A DNA stretch of 64,000 bases from Chiloscyllium plagiosum. Lineage: Eukaryota. The DNA lies in the NCBI RefSeq assembly GCF_004010195.1, contig NC_057759.1, positions 2,399,199 to 2,463,198 on the forward strand. Direction: 5' to 3'. The position numbers and the translations under genes are program-made. The notes under the pieces were generated by a model that saw nothing but the letters and a program-made list of their open reading frames with translations, was not told where the DNA came from and ran no database searches. Every line of letters starts with the position of its first letter. Position 1 is the first letter of the stretch. Below, in pieces: positions 25,690 to 36,999 of this stretch.

Positions 25690-26830
25690 GGCAGTACTCT
25701 CCCAGCGATGGAGACTTAAGGACAGGAGGAAGGCTGCTTCATCAATGATCTTCCCTCTATCATAAAAATAGAAGTATGGATGTGCACTGATATTTGTGCA
25801 ATGTTCAGCACCATTCGCCATTCCTCAGATACTGAAGCAGTCCATTATCAAATGCAACAAGTTCTCGAAATTATCCAGGCTTGGGTTGACAAGTGACAAG
25901 TTACATTTATGCCACACAAAGCCACACAATGTCCATCAATAATAATGGCTTTTGACGATGGGCTTTAGCCCGAAATGTCGATTCTCCTGCTCCTTGGATG
26001 CTGCCAGATCTCCTGTGTTTTGCCAGCACCACACTCTCGACTCTGATCTCCAGCATCTGCAGTCTTCAATTTCTTCCATCAATAATAGCAGACAATACAA
26101 CCATCACCCCTTTACATTCAATGGTGCTACCATCACTGAGCTTCCTATGAAAATCATTCTGAGGTTTACCTTTGAGCAGAAACTCACCTGGACTCGTCAC
26201 ATAAACATAGTGGCTTAGAGAGCAAGTCAGATGCTGGGAATCCTGCAGCGAGTAACTCAATTCCTGACTCTCGAAAGCTTGTCCATCGTCTACAATGCAC
26301 AAGTCATAAGTGTGAAGGAATATTCGCCACTTGCCTCGATGGATGCAGCTGTAAAACACCCGATATGTTCAAAACAACCCATCATTCCGCAAAGCTACCC
26401 CCACTCAATTGGTGCCACATCCACAAACATCCACTACCTCCACTGCCAATGCTCAGTAGCAGCACTGTATGCATTCTACAAGATGCACTACAGATATTGA
26501 CCAAATATCCTCAGATATCACCTTCCAAACCCTGAATCACCTTGATCTAGATAGACAGCAGGTACATGCAAACAAAATCCATGCCAGTTCTTCTCCAAGA
26601 GAATCACCATCGTTACTTGGAAACATATCAATAGTCCCCCCAGTGTCACTGAGTCAAAATCCTGGAGTTCCTTCCTTAAGGGCATTGTGGATCTACATAC
26701 TACAGATTGCAGCGGTTACAAACGACAGCTCACCATCACATTCTGATGAGTGGCCAAGTAAGAACAGACAATTACGTAGTGGCTAACCAGCGATGCTCAT
26801 GTCCCATGTTTTGATGCAATTGCGCTGGGC
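25690..26830 (+). mobile_element. Non-LTR retrotransposon 3' part (RTE-X-like)
   Basis: LGILQRV...YNAQV..V.EYSPLA C-terminal motif. Confidence 0.6.
25945..26074 (+). mobile_element. Solo Penelope pLTR fragment
   Basis: Perfect 13-bp TSD tccatcaataata at 25932-25944 and 26075-26087. Confidence 0.85.
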
Positions 26831-29600
26831 GAGCCTATACCCTGGATTATGGCGTGTGCAGTTTGCGTCTCCTAATTTGAGGAAGGGTGTTCTAGCTATG
26901 AAGAAAAGACAGCTACGATGTCCCGGACTGATTTGTGCGATAATAGGGCTGACGGATGAAGAGACACTGGATTGTTTACGATGATGTTCACTGCGGTTTA
27001 GATGAATGAGAGGAGATCTGGTAGAGAACTGTAAAATTATAACAGGAGATATCAAATGAATATATTTGCATCAGATTCTACTGTTGAGGAAGAAACACTG
27101 ACCCGAGACCTCACGGAAGTAAAATTGAAGTTTTGAAAATAGTTGACATTTACAGAAGTGCTAGAAATGTTAAGAAATATAAAGGTACAGAAATGACCAA
27201 AACCTGATCAAATGCATCCAAGGATACTATGGGGAGTTAGCGAGGAAATTGAGAGGCTCATACACGGGCGAACTACCAGAGAACTGGACGACAGCTAACT
27301 TTGTGCCCTTGTTTGAAAATGGCTGTAAGTCGAAGCCGGGAATCTAAAGACCTGTGAGAATGATATCGAAGATTGGTAAGTTGTTGGAGGTAATTCTGTC
27401 AAAAATCACCTCCTTGAAGAGGCAAGGATTGATTTGGCAAATTTCCTCGTTTTGAGCGTGTTGTTGTCTTTTTAGACAGTAGGTCTGTGAAAGGCAATGT
27501 TCCGCCGGGATCGGTGCCGGGTCCACTTTGATTGCTATTTATATAAATGATTTCAGTGAGAATATAGAATCATGATTAGTAAGTTTGCAGGTGATATCAA
27601 AATTGTTGGACCATTCACAAGGTTATCTAAGATTTCCATGTGATCTCGATCAATTGCTTCAATTGACTGAGGAATAGCAAATAGAGTTTAATTTGAATAA
27701 ATGTGAGATATTGCATTTTGGTAATACAAACAAGAACAGGACTTATACAATTAATGGTAGGGTCCTTGGTTGTATTGAAAGACAGTGGAATTGCTAGGGG
27801 TTCAGGTTCATAATTCTTTCTAAATCTGAGTCACAACTGGATTTGATGGTTAAGAAGGCATTTAGCATGCTTGCATTCATTGTTCAAATCATTGAATATT
27901 GGATTTGGTATGTCATGTTGAAGTTGCATAAGACATTGCTGAGGCCTCTTCTGGAATACTGTGTGCGGTGCTGGTCTCCCTGTTATAGGAAGGATATTAT
28001 TAAATCTGAGCGGGTTCAGAAAAGATTTACCAGATGTTGCCGGAAATTTGTGGTTTGAGACATAAAAATAGTTTAGAAGGGCTGGGACCTTTTTCACTGG
28101 GGCAGAGGAGATTAAGGGGTAACCTTATTGAGGTTTCTAAAATCGCAATGGATGTAGGTAAGGTGGGTAGCCAAGTTCTTTTCCCTAGCGCTGGGAAGTT
28201 CATAACCAGAGGGCATATTTTTAAGGTGTGAGGACAAAGATTTACAAAGATATGAGGGGTAACTCTTTTACGCAAAGTGGTTAAGAACTGTGGAACTGTG
28301 GTTAAAGCGTGGAAAGAGCTGCCAGAGAAAGTCATAAATGCAGGTATCGTTGAAAGACATTTGCATAAGTTTATGAACATAAACAGGTTGGAGTAATATG
28401 GCACAATCGCAAGCAGGTGTGATTAAGTTAGTTTGGTGACACGGTCAGTGTAGACTGCTTGGTCCGAAGGGTCTGTTGCATCAATGGCTAACTACAATAA
28501 ATTTAAAAAAAGGATGTTCCTGATGTTCAAGGTACTGGGGGGAGTTCAATTCCAGGGCGTCCCAGTTTAAAGGATATGGCTAGGCCTGAGATGGGGAGAA
28601 ATGACTTCACACAAAGGGAGATGTCCATGTGTTGTCTATCAACACATTAATTCCTATTTTAATCGACAATTTGACATCACTTGCGTGCAGTGATGTTTCT
28701 TTTGAGGTGTGACATAAAATTGTTAGTCTCATTCGCATTTCTCTTGCTGAGCGTGCGCTCTTCTCTGTTTCCTGCGCTATTTTAATATTCTCTCTCCTTG
28801 CCTTTGACACTTATAGCTTCTTTTATATTTTGTGCCAATCCACATATTGTATCTGTACATCAGCTTCTCCTCATCTCCAGTCACATTTGATTTCATCTGA
28901 CGCAGAAAAGGTGTTCTAACTGATATTGTCTGATAGTTTATGAGAAGCAAACGAGCTGAATGGCCTCCTTCTGTTCCAATTTCTTCTGGTCCCCCATGGG
29001 TAAGAAGCAGTAAACTGTACTCAATATTCCAGGGAAGTTGAAAGCAAATTAGCGTGAAGTATGTATTGCAGTCTGCGAGCAATTCTGGGCCCCCTGCAAT
29101 AGGAAGGATGTTGCAGAATATCCAAGGGTTCTGAAAAGATTCAAAACACTGTTGCCTGGATTGGAGAGTTTGAGCAGTAAAGAGAGGTTGAATAGGCTGG
29201 GGTTATTTTCTCTGGAGCATTAGGGGTTGAGGGGTGACTTTTATAGAGCTTTATAAAATCAGCAGGGACATGGATTGGGTAAATAAACAACTTTTGTTTC
29301 CAAGGGGAGGGGAGTGAAAAACTCGATGGCTTGCATACGGTGAAAGAAGAAAGGATTCAAAAGGAAGCTTAAGAGCACCTTTTTTTTTTACCGCAGAGGA
29401 TGGTGCACGTATGAGAAGAACTGCGAAAAGAAGTGGTGCTGATGGGGGAACTTACAACTTGTCAAAAGCATCTGGATGGATATGTGAACAGGAAGGTTTA
29501 GACGGACATAGGCCAAATGCTGGCGAATGGGATGTCCAGTCAGCATGGACCAGATGTACTTACGGTCTGTTTCTGCGCTGTATAACTCTATGGGTTCTAG
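26830..29600 (+). mobile_element. Cluster of CR1 fragments
   Basis: Repeated RPLLEYCV..WSP..RKDI..ERVQKRFT motifs and 3' tails. Confidence 0.8.
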
Positions 29601-30154
29601 TCATTGGGAAGCCGGGAGTTGTTACATAGTCAAGGTAGGGAGGATGCACCTTGGAGGAATTCCCTTGGTGATGCGAAGTCTGAGGCACAGAATGTTTCAA
29701 TAGAATGGCCAGTGGAAGAGTGCATCATTCGGTATAATTTATGATGATAAATTATTTCTGGACGACGAATGAAGCAACTTTGGTTCAAGTTGAATGGGCT
29801 TAAGATACAACCGGATTGGAAAGAGGCAGAAAAGAGCATTTGATTTTCTTAGAATGATCTTAGAATTTCCCTGTGTTTCGGTCTCCATAGACAGCACCAG
29901 CCTTTGAGTCCCCGCGAACGCGTGTATTTGATATTTGTATACACCATAGAGTGTGGGCATCTCTGTCTGGGCCAGCATTCGTTGCCTATCTTTAGCTGTT
30001 CCCTTGAAACGGATTTTACGGAGTTCTGTTCGTAAATCACTGCAGTCCACTCACAACAGCTCCGTTTGTGGTCAGTGTGATCAACAAAATATTGAGAGTG
30101 GGGAGACTAATTGTTGGCCGTTAAGGGCTGATGTTCAGATTTTCACTGAATGGT

Positions 30155-30517
30155 GAGAGCTGGTCGTGTCGTTTCGTGGCTAGTTGGTGTTCATGGATGC
30201 AGATCGTTAGCTGTCTTCCTTCGTAGCCACACACGCAGATGACAAGCAACATGAGTTTGACTGGGACAACACTACTATTATAGGACAAGCCAAACAGAGA
30301 ACAGCCAGGGAATTCATAGAGGCATGGCACTCATCCACTGATTCAATCAACAAGCACATCAACCTGGACCCAATATACCGGCCACTGCAGTGGACAGCTG
30401 GGAATTGACAACCGGAAGCAGCAGAGACAAATCACTATAAATGCCACAGAAATGATCACAGAAGCGCTTCACAGGAGGCTCCCAAGCACTGAGGATGTCA
30501 CCTAGACAGGGGATGAA
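30155..30517 (+). mobile_element. Penelope-like fragment (second family) with a 5' inversion
   Basis: Minus-strand GRQLTICIHEHQLATKRHDQLS joined to plus-strand SFVATHADDKQHEFDWDNTTIIGQAKQRTAREFIEAWHS; CTGAGGA core at 30489. Confidence 0.8.
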
Positions 30518-30519
30518 GT

Positions 30520-31050
30520 GTAAGACTTCAGTTATGCCTCATTTGGAGGATTGTGTGCAGTTCTGGTCTCCCTATTAAAGGAAGAATGTGGAAGTTTTGG
30601 AAAGGGTGCAAACGAGGTTTACCAGGATGTTGCGTTTATTGGAGTGTATTAGCTATGAGGAGAGGTTGGACAAACTTGGTTTGTTTTCGCTAGGACATTG
30701 GAGGTTAGGGGGTGGTGGGGTGTATGATCGGAACAAAGTATACAAAATTATGAGAGGCATGGACAGAGCAAATAGTTGAAAATGTCCCAGGGTGAAAGTG
30801 TAAAATACTGGAGGATTGAGGACATAACTTTAAAATGAGAGGGGGAGAGTTTAAAGGAGATGTGAGACGAATGGATTACACAGAGACTGGAACTTGCTGC
30901 CAGGGGAGGTGACAGAAGCAGTTACGATACCAACGTTTGTGAGCAATTTAGACAGACACATGAACAGACAGGAATAGAGAGATATGGACCATGTGCAGAC
31001 AAGTCGGATCAGAGTAGAATAACAGCATGATCGTTCGCCAAAGGATTTGT
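30520..31050 (+). mobile_element. CR1 3' end
   Basis: LERVQTRFTRML...YEERLDKLGLFSL. Confidence 0.8.
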
Positions 31051-31363
31051 TCCTGTATTGCAAGGCTTTACTACCTCGAAATCCAGAGTCTTAGCTTGTT
31101 TTAGCTTGAAACCCGCCATGGCAGATGGTGGAATCTGAATTCAATTGAAAAGAGAATCTATGTGACTCCAGCCCCACAATCCTTAACTGCCCTCTGTGTA
31201 ATGTGGGATGGGCAATAAATGCTGGACTACCCAGTGACAACCATTTCCAATGTATGAATGAGATGAAAAAGGAAACGGAAATAGATTTGACTGTGAGGAC
31301 GTTCCTAGTGGAGTGTGCACTAGGAACTCCACCGAATTACCTGGCATTTATCTGTAATTTCAG

Positions 31364-31648
31364 GATTTCCAGTGTCAAAACTGGAATTAGTATTTCAACC
31401 TAGAAAGGAGCTTATCGAAAGAGACACAGGATCCTTAATCTGTTCAGTCTCCAAGGGTCCTCAGCTCATTTATTATCAATTTTACCAGGGCTCAAGCATG
31501 CAACTGTGCTGGGAGTTTTCCAACAGCACTGAGCTTGTTAACAACATTGGATCCATCAACAGAAGGGATGAAGAGCTTTACCATTGCTCTGTGAAAATTG
31601 AGGTGACAGGCCCTCAACACAGTGAAGACATAGAGATCACAGTGATAG
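31364..31648 (+). CDS. Ig-domain exon (FCRL/LITR/PECAM-type C2/I-set), receptor gene 1
   Basis: tttcag acceptor and G|gtaag donor; 285 nt, phase 1-1, open. Encodes (G)FPVSKLELVFQPRKELIERDTGSLICSVSKGPQLIYYQFYQG...DEELYHCSVKIEVTGPQHSEDIEITVI, with both Ig cysteines and a PVS...LxC...G..I.Y.FY pattern. Confidence 0.85.
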
Positions 31649-31766
31649 GTAAGATCATAAAGGCTCTCTCCCAAAGATTGACTGAACCTTCAGCTCATGG
31701 GATCATCTCAAAGTTGGTGCTTCCCCCTGAAGGCCACACTTTCGATTAAACCCTCCTATATTTGAT

Positions 31767-32860
31767 CATAATGGTATTCAGCACGGAAGCAGGATCTTTG
31801 GCCCAACTCATTCATGCCTGTTTCCCAAACTCAGCTAGTCTCATTTATGGACGTTTGGACATGTCCATATATACCTTTCTTATCCACGCTCCTGTCTAAA
31901 TATTCGATTTTTTAAAAATGTTGTCATGGTATCCGCTTTTACCACTTCCTCTAGCAGTTCGTTCCAGATTCACATTGCCTTCTGGGTGAAAACGTTTCTC
32001 CTGAACTCTCTTTTCAATCTTTCCCCCTCAGCTTAAAATTAAGTTTTCTCCTTTTTTTCTTTACTCCTCCCGTATTCTGGGAAAAAGGACCTGAACAATT
32101 ATTTTTTACTCTCATGATTTTATAAATCTCGATAAATTCAGCCCGCAGTCTCCTGTGCTCCAGTGAAAACATTCCCAATCTGTCCAGTCTCTCCTTATAA
32201 CTCAAAACTTCCAGTTTCAGCAACATTCTTTTAGTTGTTTTCTGCATCGTCTTAAATTTGACAATATCCTTCCTGCAGCAACACAGCTAGAATTATACGT
32301 AGTACTTCAAATGTGACCTTATCATTGCTAATATTAATTGTGTACCAACATCCCTGTAGATTGCCACTTCAATACAGAGGAGGATCCGGAGTTGAGGAGG
32401 TGGGCTTATGAGCAGATGCTGAGTAGATTGGGATTATATTCATTGGAATTCAGAATAATGAGGGGGGATCTTATTGAAACATATTAAAATATGAATGGGA
32501 TCGATTAAATAGAAATAGATTTTATATTTACACTGTTAGGTAACACTAGGAAAAGAGGGCATGGCCTCAAGATTCCAAGAAGCATGTTTAGAATTGAGCT
32601 GAAAAGGAAGTTCTTCACCCAGAGGGCTGTTAATCTGTGGAATTCCTTGCCCAGGGAAAGAGTTGATGCCACTTCAGTAATCGCTTTTAAAGTTAAGGTC
32701 GACACTTTTTTTACAAAAAAGAAAAGGAATTAAGGGATATGATGAAAATGTGGGTAAGTGGAGCTGAGTCCATGAAATGATTAACCATGATCTCATTCAG
32801 TGGTGGAGCAGACTGGAATGGTCAGATGACCTACCCCTGCTCCTAGTACTTATGTTCGAA
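31767..32860. mobile_element. Two CR1 3' ends (minus 31767-32330; plus 32380-32860)
   Basis: YKERLDRLGMFSLEHRRLR and related motifs. Confidence 0.8.
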
Positions 32861-33292
32861 TACAGAACATGCAAGCACCCCAATAGCACGCTCTCTAGCA
32901 TACTGTTGACCTCATCTTTCTGTCTGAATCCACAAAGGATTTACATAATTTCAAAATTAAGACACCTGCATTTAGACTTCTGTTATGTTTTAGATAAATG
33001 TGTAATTTTCATTTTAGAAAATGCAAGGTTGATTTGCGAGATTGTTACATGATTACAAAGCTAATTATTCGTCCAGGCATAATACTGTGAAGCCAGTAAA
33101 TGCTCGTGAGAACTCCACTTGGTAGTGTACTCGGAGAATACCTATGGGTCAGAATTTGAAAGCTCAAGACCCACTGCAGAATGTGCAAATTACTATAAAA
33201 AAAGACTGATTACAAAATGAAGTAAATTTTGAGTTTTCTTCATGGTAATGTCCCTGATTTACCAAGGTAACTCCTTTGTGCCTTCACCGCAG

Positions 33293-33412
33293 TTCATTAT
33301 TCCATTGAACAGCTATTTCGCCTGTGTCTTGTAGTCATTATTTTGCTTCTGCTCAAACTCCTTCCTGCGCTCAGATTGAGAAATAAATCCAAAGAACTGA
33401 AGAGTATAAAGG
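33293..33412 (+). CDS. Transmembrane exon with N-terminal Arg (activating type), receptor gene 1
   Basis: ccttcaccgcag acceptor and G|gtaaga donor; 120 nt, phase 1-1, open and in frame with 31364-31648. Encodes (V)HYSIEQLFRLCLVVIILLLLKLLPALRLRNKSKELKSIK. Confidence 0.7.
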
Positions 33413-33499
33413 GTAAGAACGGTGTTAAGATTCTATTAGTGATGACAGTTTAACCACCAGAATTTTCTCATTGCCCTTCATGATTTTATTAAAGTAAAA

Positions 33500-34160
33500 C
33501 ATTGCCAATTTAGAGACAATGCACATCTAAATCCTCCTTAAATGTGATGAGTTTCTGTTTCTCCCACCCTTACAGGTAGTGAGTTTCAGATTTCCCATCC
33601 CGTCTGGATGAAAAAGGTTTCCCTCACATTCTCTCCAAACATCCCGCCCCTTATCTTCAATGCCCCTCTCCTAGTCAATGATTCACCCCATCAAAAAGAA
33701 AATTCGTCTTCCGTTTATCCTATTTTTGCCACTTATCACTTTATACATCTTAATCAAGTGCCACTCTCTCAAATGCCTCTACTCTGATGAAAATAACCCC
33801 AGTCTGTCCAATCTCTCTCTATCAATAAAAGTGTCCCGCCCGCAAGGCAAACCTCCTAGAAAATCTCCCTTTCCACACTCGCCCATTGCTAACCTGTCCC
33901 TCCTCAAATGTGGATTCCAGAACTGCATATAATACTCTTGTTGTGTGGCATAAATGATGTTTTATACAGGTCCTGCATTATCCCAACCGTGTTTAATTCT
34001 CGGCTGTTTAAGGTAAATATCCCCATTAAACGTCTGAAATATTTCATCCTATTCTGATAACTTCAGGGACCAGTGGACATACACACCGATGTCCCTCTGA
34101 TCCTCGGTGCTTCCCAGGGGCCTGCTATCAATCATGTGCTCCCCTGCCTTGTCTGTTAAT
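33500..34160 (-). mobile_element. CR1 fragment
   Basis: Minus-strand RT C-terminus pattern (tgtggattccagaactgca). Confidence 0.7.
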
Positions 34161-34365
34161 ATTTTTTTCAGAGCATCTTACATGTGGCACACAGTCTGGT
34201 ACCACTGAACATTGGCTTGGAGGGCACGAATTGTTGAAGATGTGGATGGTTTTGCTCAGGATGCTGTCTATTGTTACGTTTCACTACATTTGAGAATTTT
34301 TAAAGACTATTTTAACATATTTGTAGTGCCAAGATGATCTCATGCTTGTACTTTCTCCATCTCAG

Positions 34366-34373
34366 TAAAATGA
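34366..34373 (+). CDS. Candidate terminal exon for the Arg-TM isoform (V-K-stop)
   Basis: ctttctccatctcag acceptor; the phase-1 join gives GTA AAA TGA. AATAAA at 34540-34545 and 34570-34575. Confidence 0.35.
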
Positions 34374-34815
34374 CGTGGTCTTCTGAAACGTTACAAGGAC
34401 CGCTGACAAAGTCACAGGAAATTTTGAACATTTTGGGCATCAATCTCAGACCTTTGAATGAGTGTTACTACATTGAATTGATGTCCTGTTTATGCCTATA
34501 TCTTAATTCCTTATAGGGAATCTAACCTTCTAGGATAAAAATAAATATTTTGGCATGTCACATGCAACTAATAAACAAATGTTTCCTTAGAACGTAGTTA
34601 ATTGTACGAGAGCTTTGTTCCAGGACGGTATTGAATGAAAAGCTTTTGTTTTCCAATGCGAACTGATGTGAGCAATTACTTTTTTTTAAACTTCTAAATG
34701 CTGCATTGACTGCTGAAGAATAACAATGCGTTCCAAATGTACAACTGGAGCGCCAGTGTATTGGTGGCTGCTGAATATCTCCTTGTTATGGTCTAACATG
34801 TTACCTAATGGTCAC

Positions 34816-35194
34816 GTTAGGGTGTAGGTTTGCTCGCTGAGCTGTAGGTTTGATATCCAGACGTTTCATTACCTGGCTAGGTAACATCATCAGTGGCGAC
34901 CTCCAAGTGAAGCGAAGTTGTTGTCTCCTGCTTTCTGTTTCTATCTTTCTCCTGGATGGGGTTCCTGGGGTTTGTGGTGATGTTGAATGTCATCACCACA
35001 AACCCCAGGAACCCCATCCAGGAGAAAGATATAAATAGAAAGCAGGAGACAACAGCTTCGCTTCACTTGGAGGTCGCCACTGATGATGTTACCTAGCTAG
35101 GTAATGAAACGTCTGGATATCAAAACTACAGCTCAGCGAGCAAACCTACACCCTAAACCTCAACCTGAGCTACAAACCTTCACAAACCTTGCTT
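34816..35194. mobile_element. Fold-back Penelope pLTR pair
   Basis: ~165-bp near-perfect inverted arms (34817-34981 and 34991-35156); atggtcac duplicated at 34808-34815 and 35195-35202. Confidence 0.85.
35077..35116 (+). ncRNA. Minimal type I hammerhead ribozyme motif in a Penelope pLTR
   Basis: CCA-CUGAUGA-(UGUUACCUAG/CUAGGUAAU stem II)-GAAA-C-GUC-UGG, with stem I CCA/UGG. Confidence 0.65.
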
Positions 35195-35354
35195 ATGGTC
35201 ACTGTTAATCCTGGACTGTTAATCAGTCTGATGTTGATAGGGTACGAAGTACCCTCGGATGGGTTAAGAGACCTGAAGGATTCCAGTTGTCCCTAATTGT
35301 TATTAGTACCTTCGTTTTGACTGGAAAGCAACAGTGCCCATTTTAACTCACCAA

Positions 35355-36110
35355 TTAACCCAATAAGGAAGACAAATGCAATGCGAGCATTCTTTTTAAG
35401 AGGGCTTGAATATGAGAGCAGATGAAATGCTGAGGCTGCATAATGCTCTAGTCAGACCACATTTGGAACATTGCAAGCATTGTTTGGACCCGTATCTAAG
35501 GAAGGATGTGCTGAAATTGGAGGGGGTCCAGAGGGGTTCGACAAGAGCGATACATTGTCATATAAGGAGCAGTTGAGGACATTGTGTCTGTACTAGATAG
35601 ATTTTAGAAGGATGCGGAGTTGAATCTGACTGAAGCCGAGAGAAAATTGTGAGGCCTGGATAGAATGGATATAGAGAAGTTAATTCCACTCGATGGAAAG
35701 ACTGTGACCTGAGAGGCACAACGGCCAAGAGAAGAGATGGCCGTTTAGGAATGAGATGAGGAGTTTCTTCAGCTAAAGGGTGGCGAATCCATAGAAACCA
35801 TTGCTGCAGAGGGCCAAGTCATCGCTTGTAATTAAAACACAGATGAATAAGGTGTCCAGTTGTAAGGTGATCGATGGTCTCAGGGAGAAGACAGGAGAAA
35901 GGAGTTGAGAAACATCGCATGGCAGAGTAGATGGATGGGTCGAATAGTCTACAACGTGGAGATGCTGGTTTTGGTCTGGACTGGATAATTCAGAAGTCAC
36001 GCTGCAAGTTATAGTCCAACAGGTTTATTTGAAATCACAGACTTTCGTAGAGCTGTTCTTTCTTCAGGTGAAGTCTGAATGGTCTAATTCTGCGCCTGTG
36101 TTTTATGGTC
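35355..36110 (+). mobile_element. CR1 3' end with a nested Penelope pLTR fragment (~35955-36075)
   Basis: gtcagaccacatttggaaca motif; tatagtccaacaggtttatttg pLTR. Confidence 0.75.
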
Positions 36111-36546
36111 TGACCGTCTGTGTGCGTGTTGTAACAGCAAACGGAAATGGCTAAATCGTTAAAGTCAAGGTACACTCCTTGGATCTTCAGATGATCTGAG
36201 TGGTGACCACATAATTTAGTTTAAGAGTTTTTGGTAGTACTACCTGTGCAAGAGATTGGAATCTGTGACTCCACACATGATAATGTTTGGATCAACACCA
36301 ATCTACAAAAGAATGATCCACAAAATGTCATGTTCTTGAAACTGTGAATTTTGATCCTATTTTACACTGAATACAATCTTTCCATTGTGTCAGACTGCCC
36401 TTGTCCTGTTTTGTTGCAATCTTACATGAAGGTTTAATATCACAAATTACTGATTCCACATTTCACATGTACTTTGGTCGAACTAGATTATTCACTTATT
36501 TCAGATGCACTGCTGAGGTTTCATTTTCTTTACTTTTGTCTTTCAG

Positions 36547-36644
36547 TTGACGTTGTAATTATCTGCAGGTTTTCGTTTTACTTTTAATGATCTTTCTTGT
36601 TTTTTTTCTGCTGATACACAAGAATGCAATGTTCCCATTAGCAG
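36547..36644 (+). pseudogene. Second, uncharged TM exon with an apparent 1-nt deletion
   Basis: Long pyrimidine tract plus tttcag acceptor and G|gtgaga donor; 98 nt (99 would be phase 1-1). (V)DVVI, then a frameshift into LQVFVLLLMIFLVFFLLIHKNAMFPLA. Confidence 0.5.
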
Positions 36645-36999
36645 GTGAGAAACTGTGAAATGGGAATAGATGGGTAAGGTTGCTTCAAGGACCCCCAACT
36701 GAATTGGTGTATTGCATTTGAGGGGAATATTTAATTGAAATACTTCCCAATCATTGGGTAGAGTTCTGCTATTGCTGGTTTGGAAAGTAATGTCAGAGGT
36801 AAACTGGGGAGTATCTGCATTGCATATACTGCAAAGTACTGACTTTTTGAATCAGTGATAGGATGAGTTCAGAGACATGTATTAAAAGGTCGAATGATTC
36901 TAATTGCAGGAATGTAATTGTTGTGAGCTGTTGCATTTTCAATGAGTTATGTGACCATTCACTGACTATCGAGGTCTGTGAAAGACTCAGTCACAAGGC

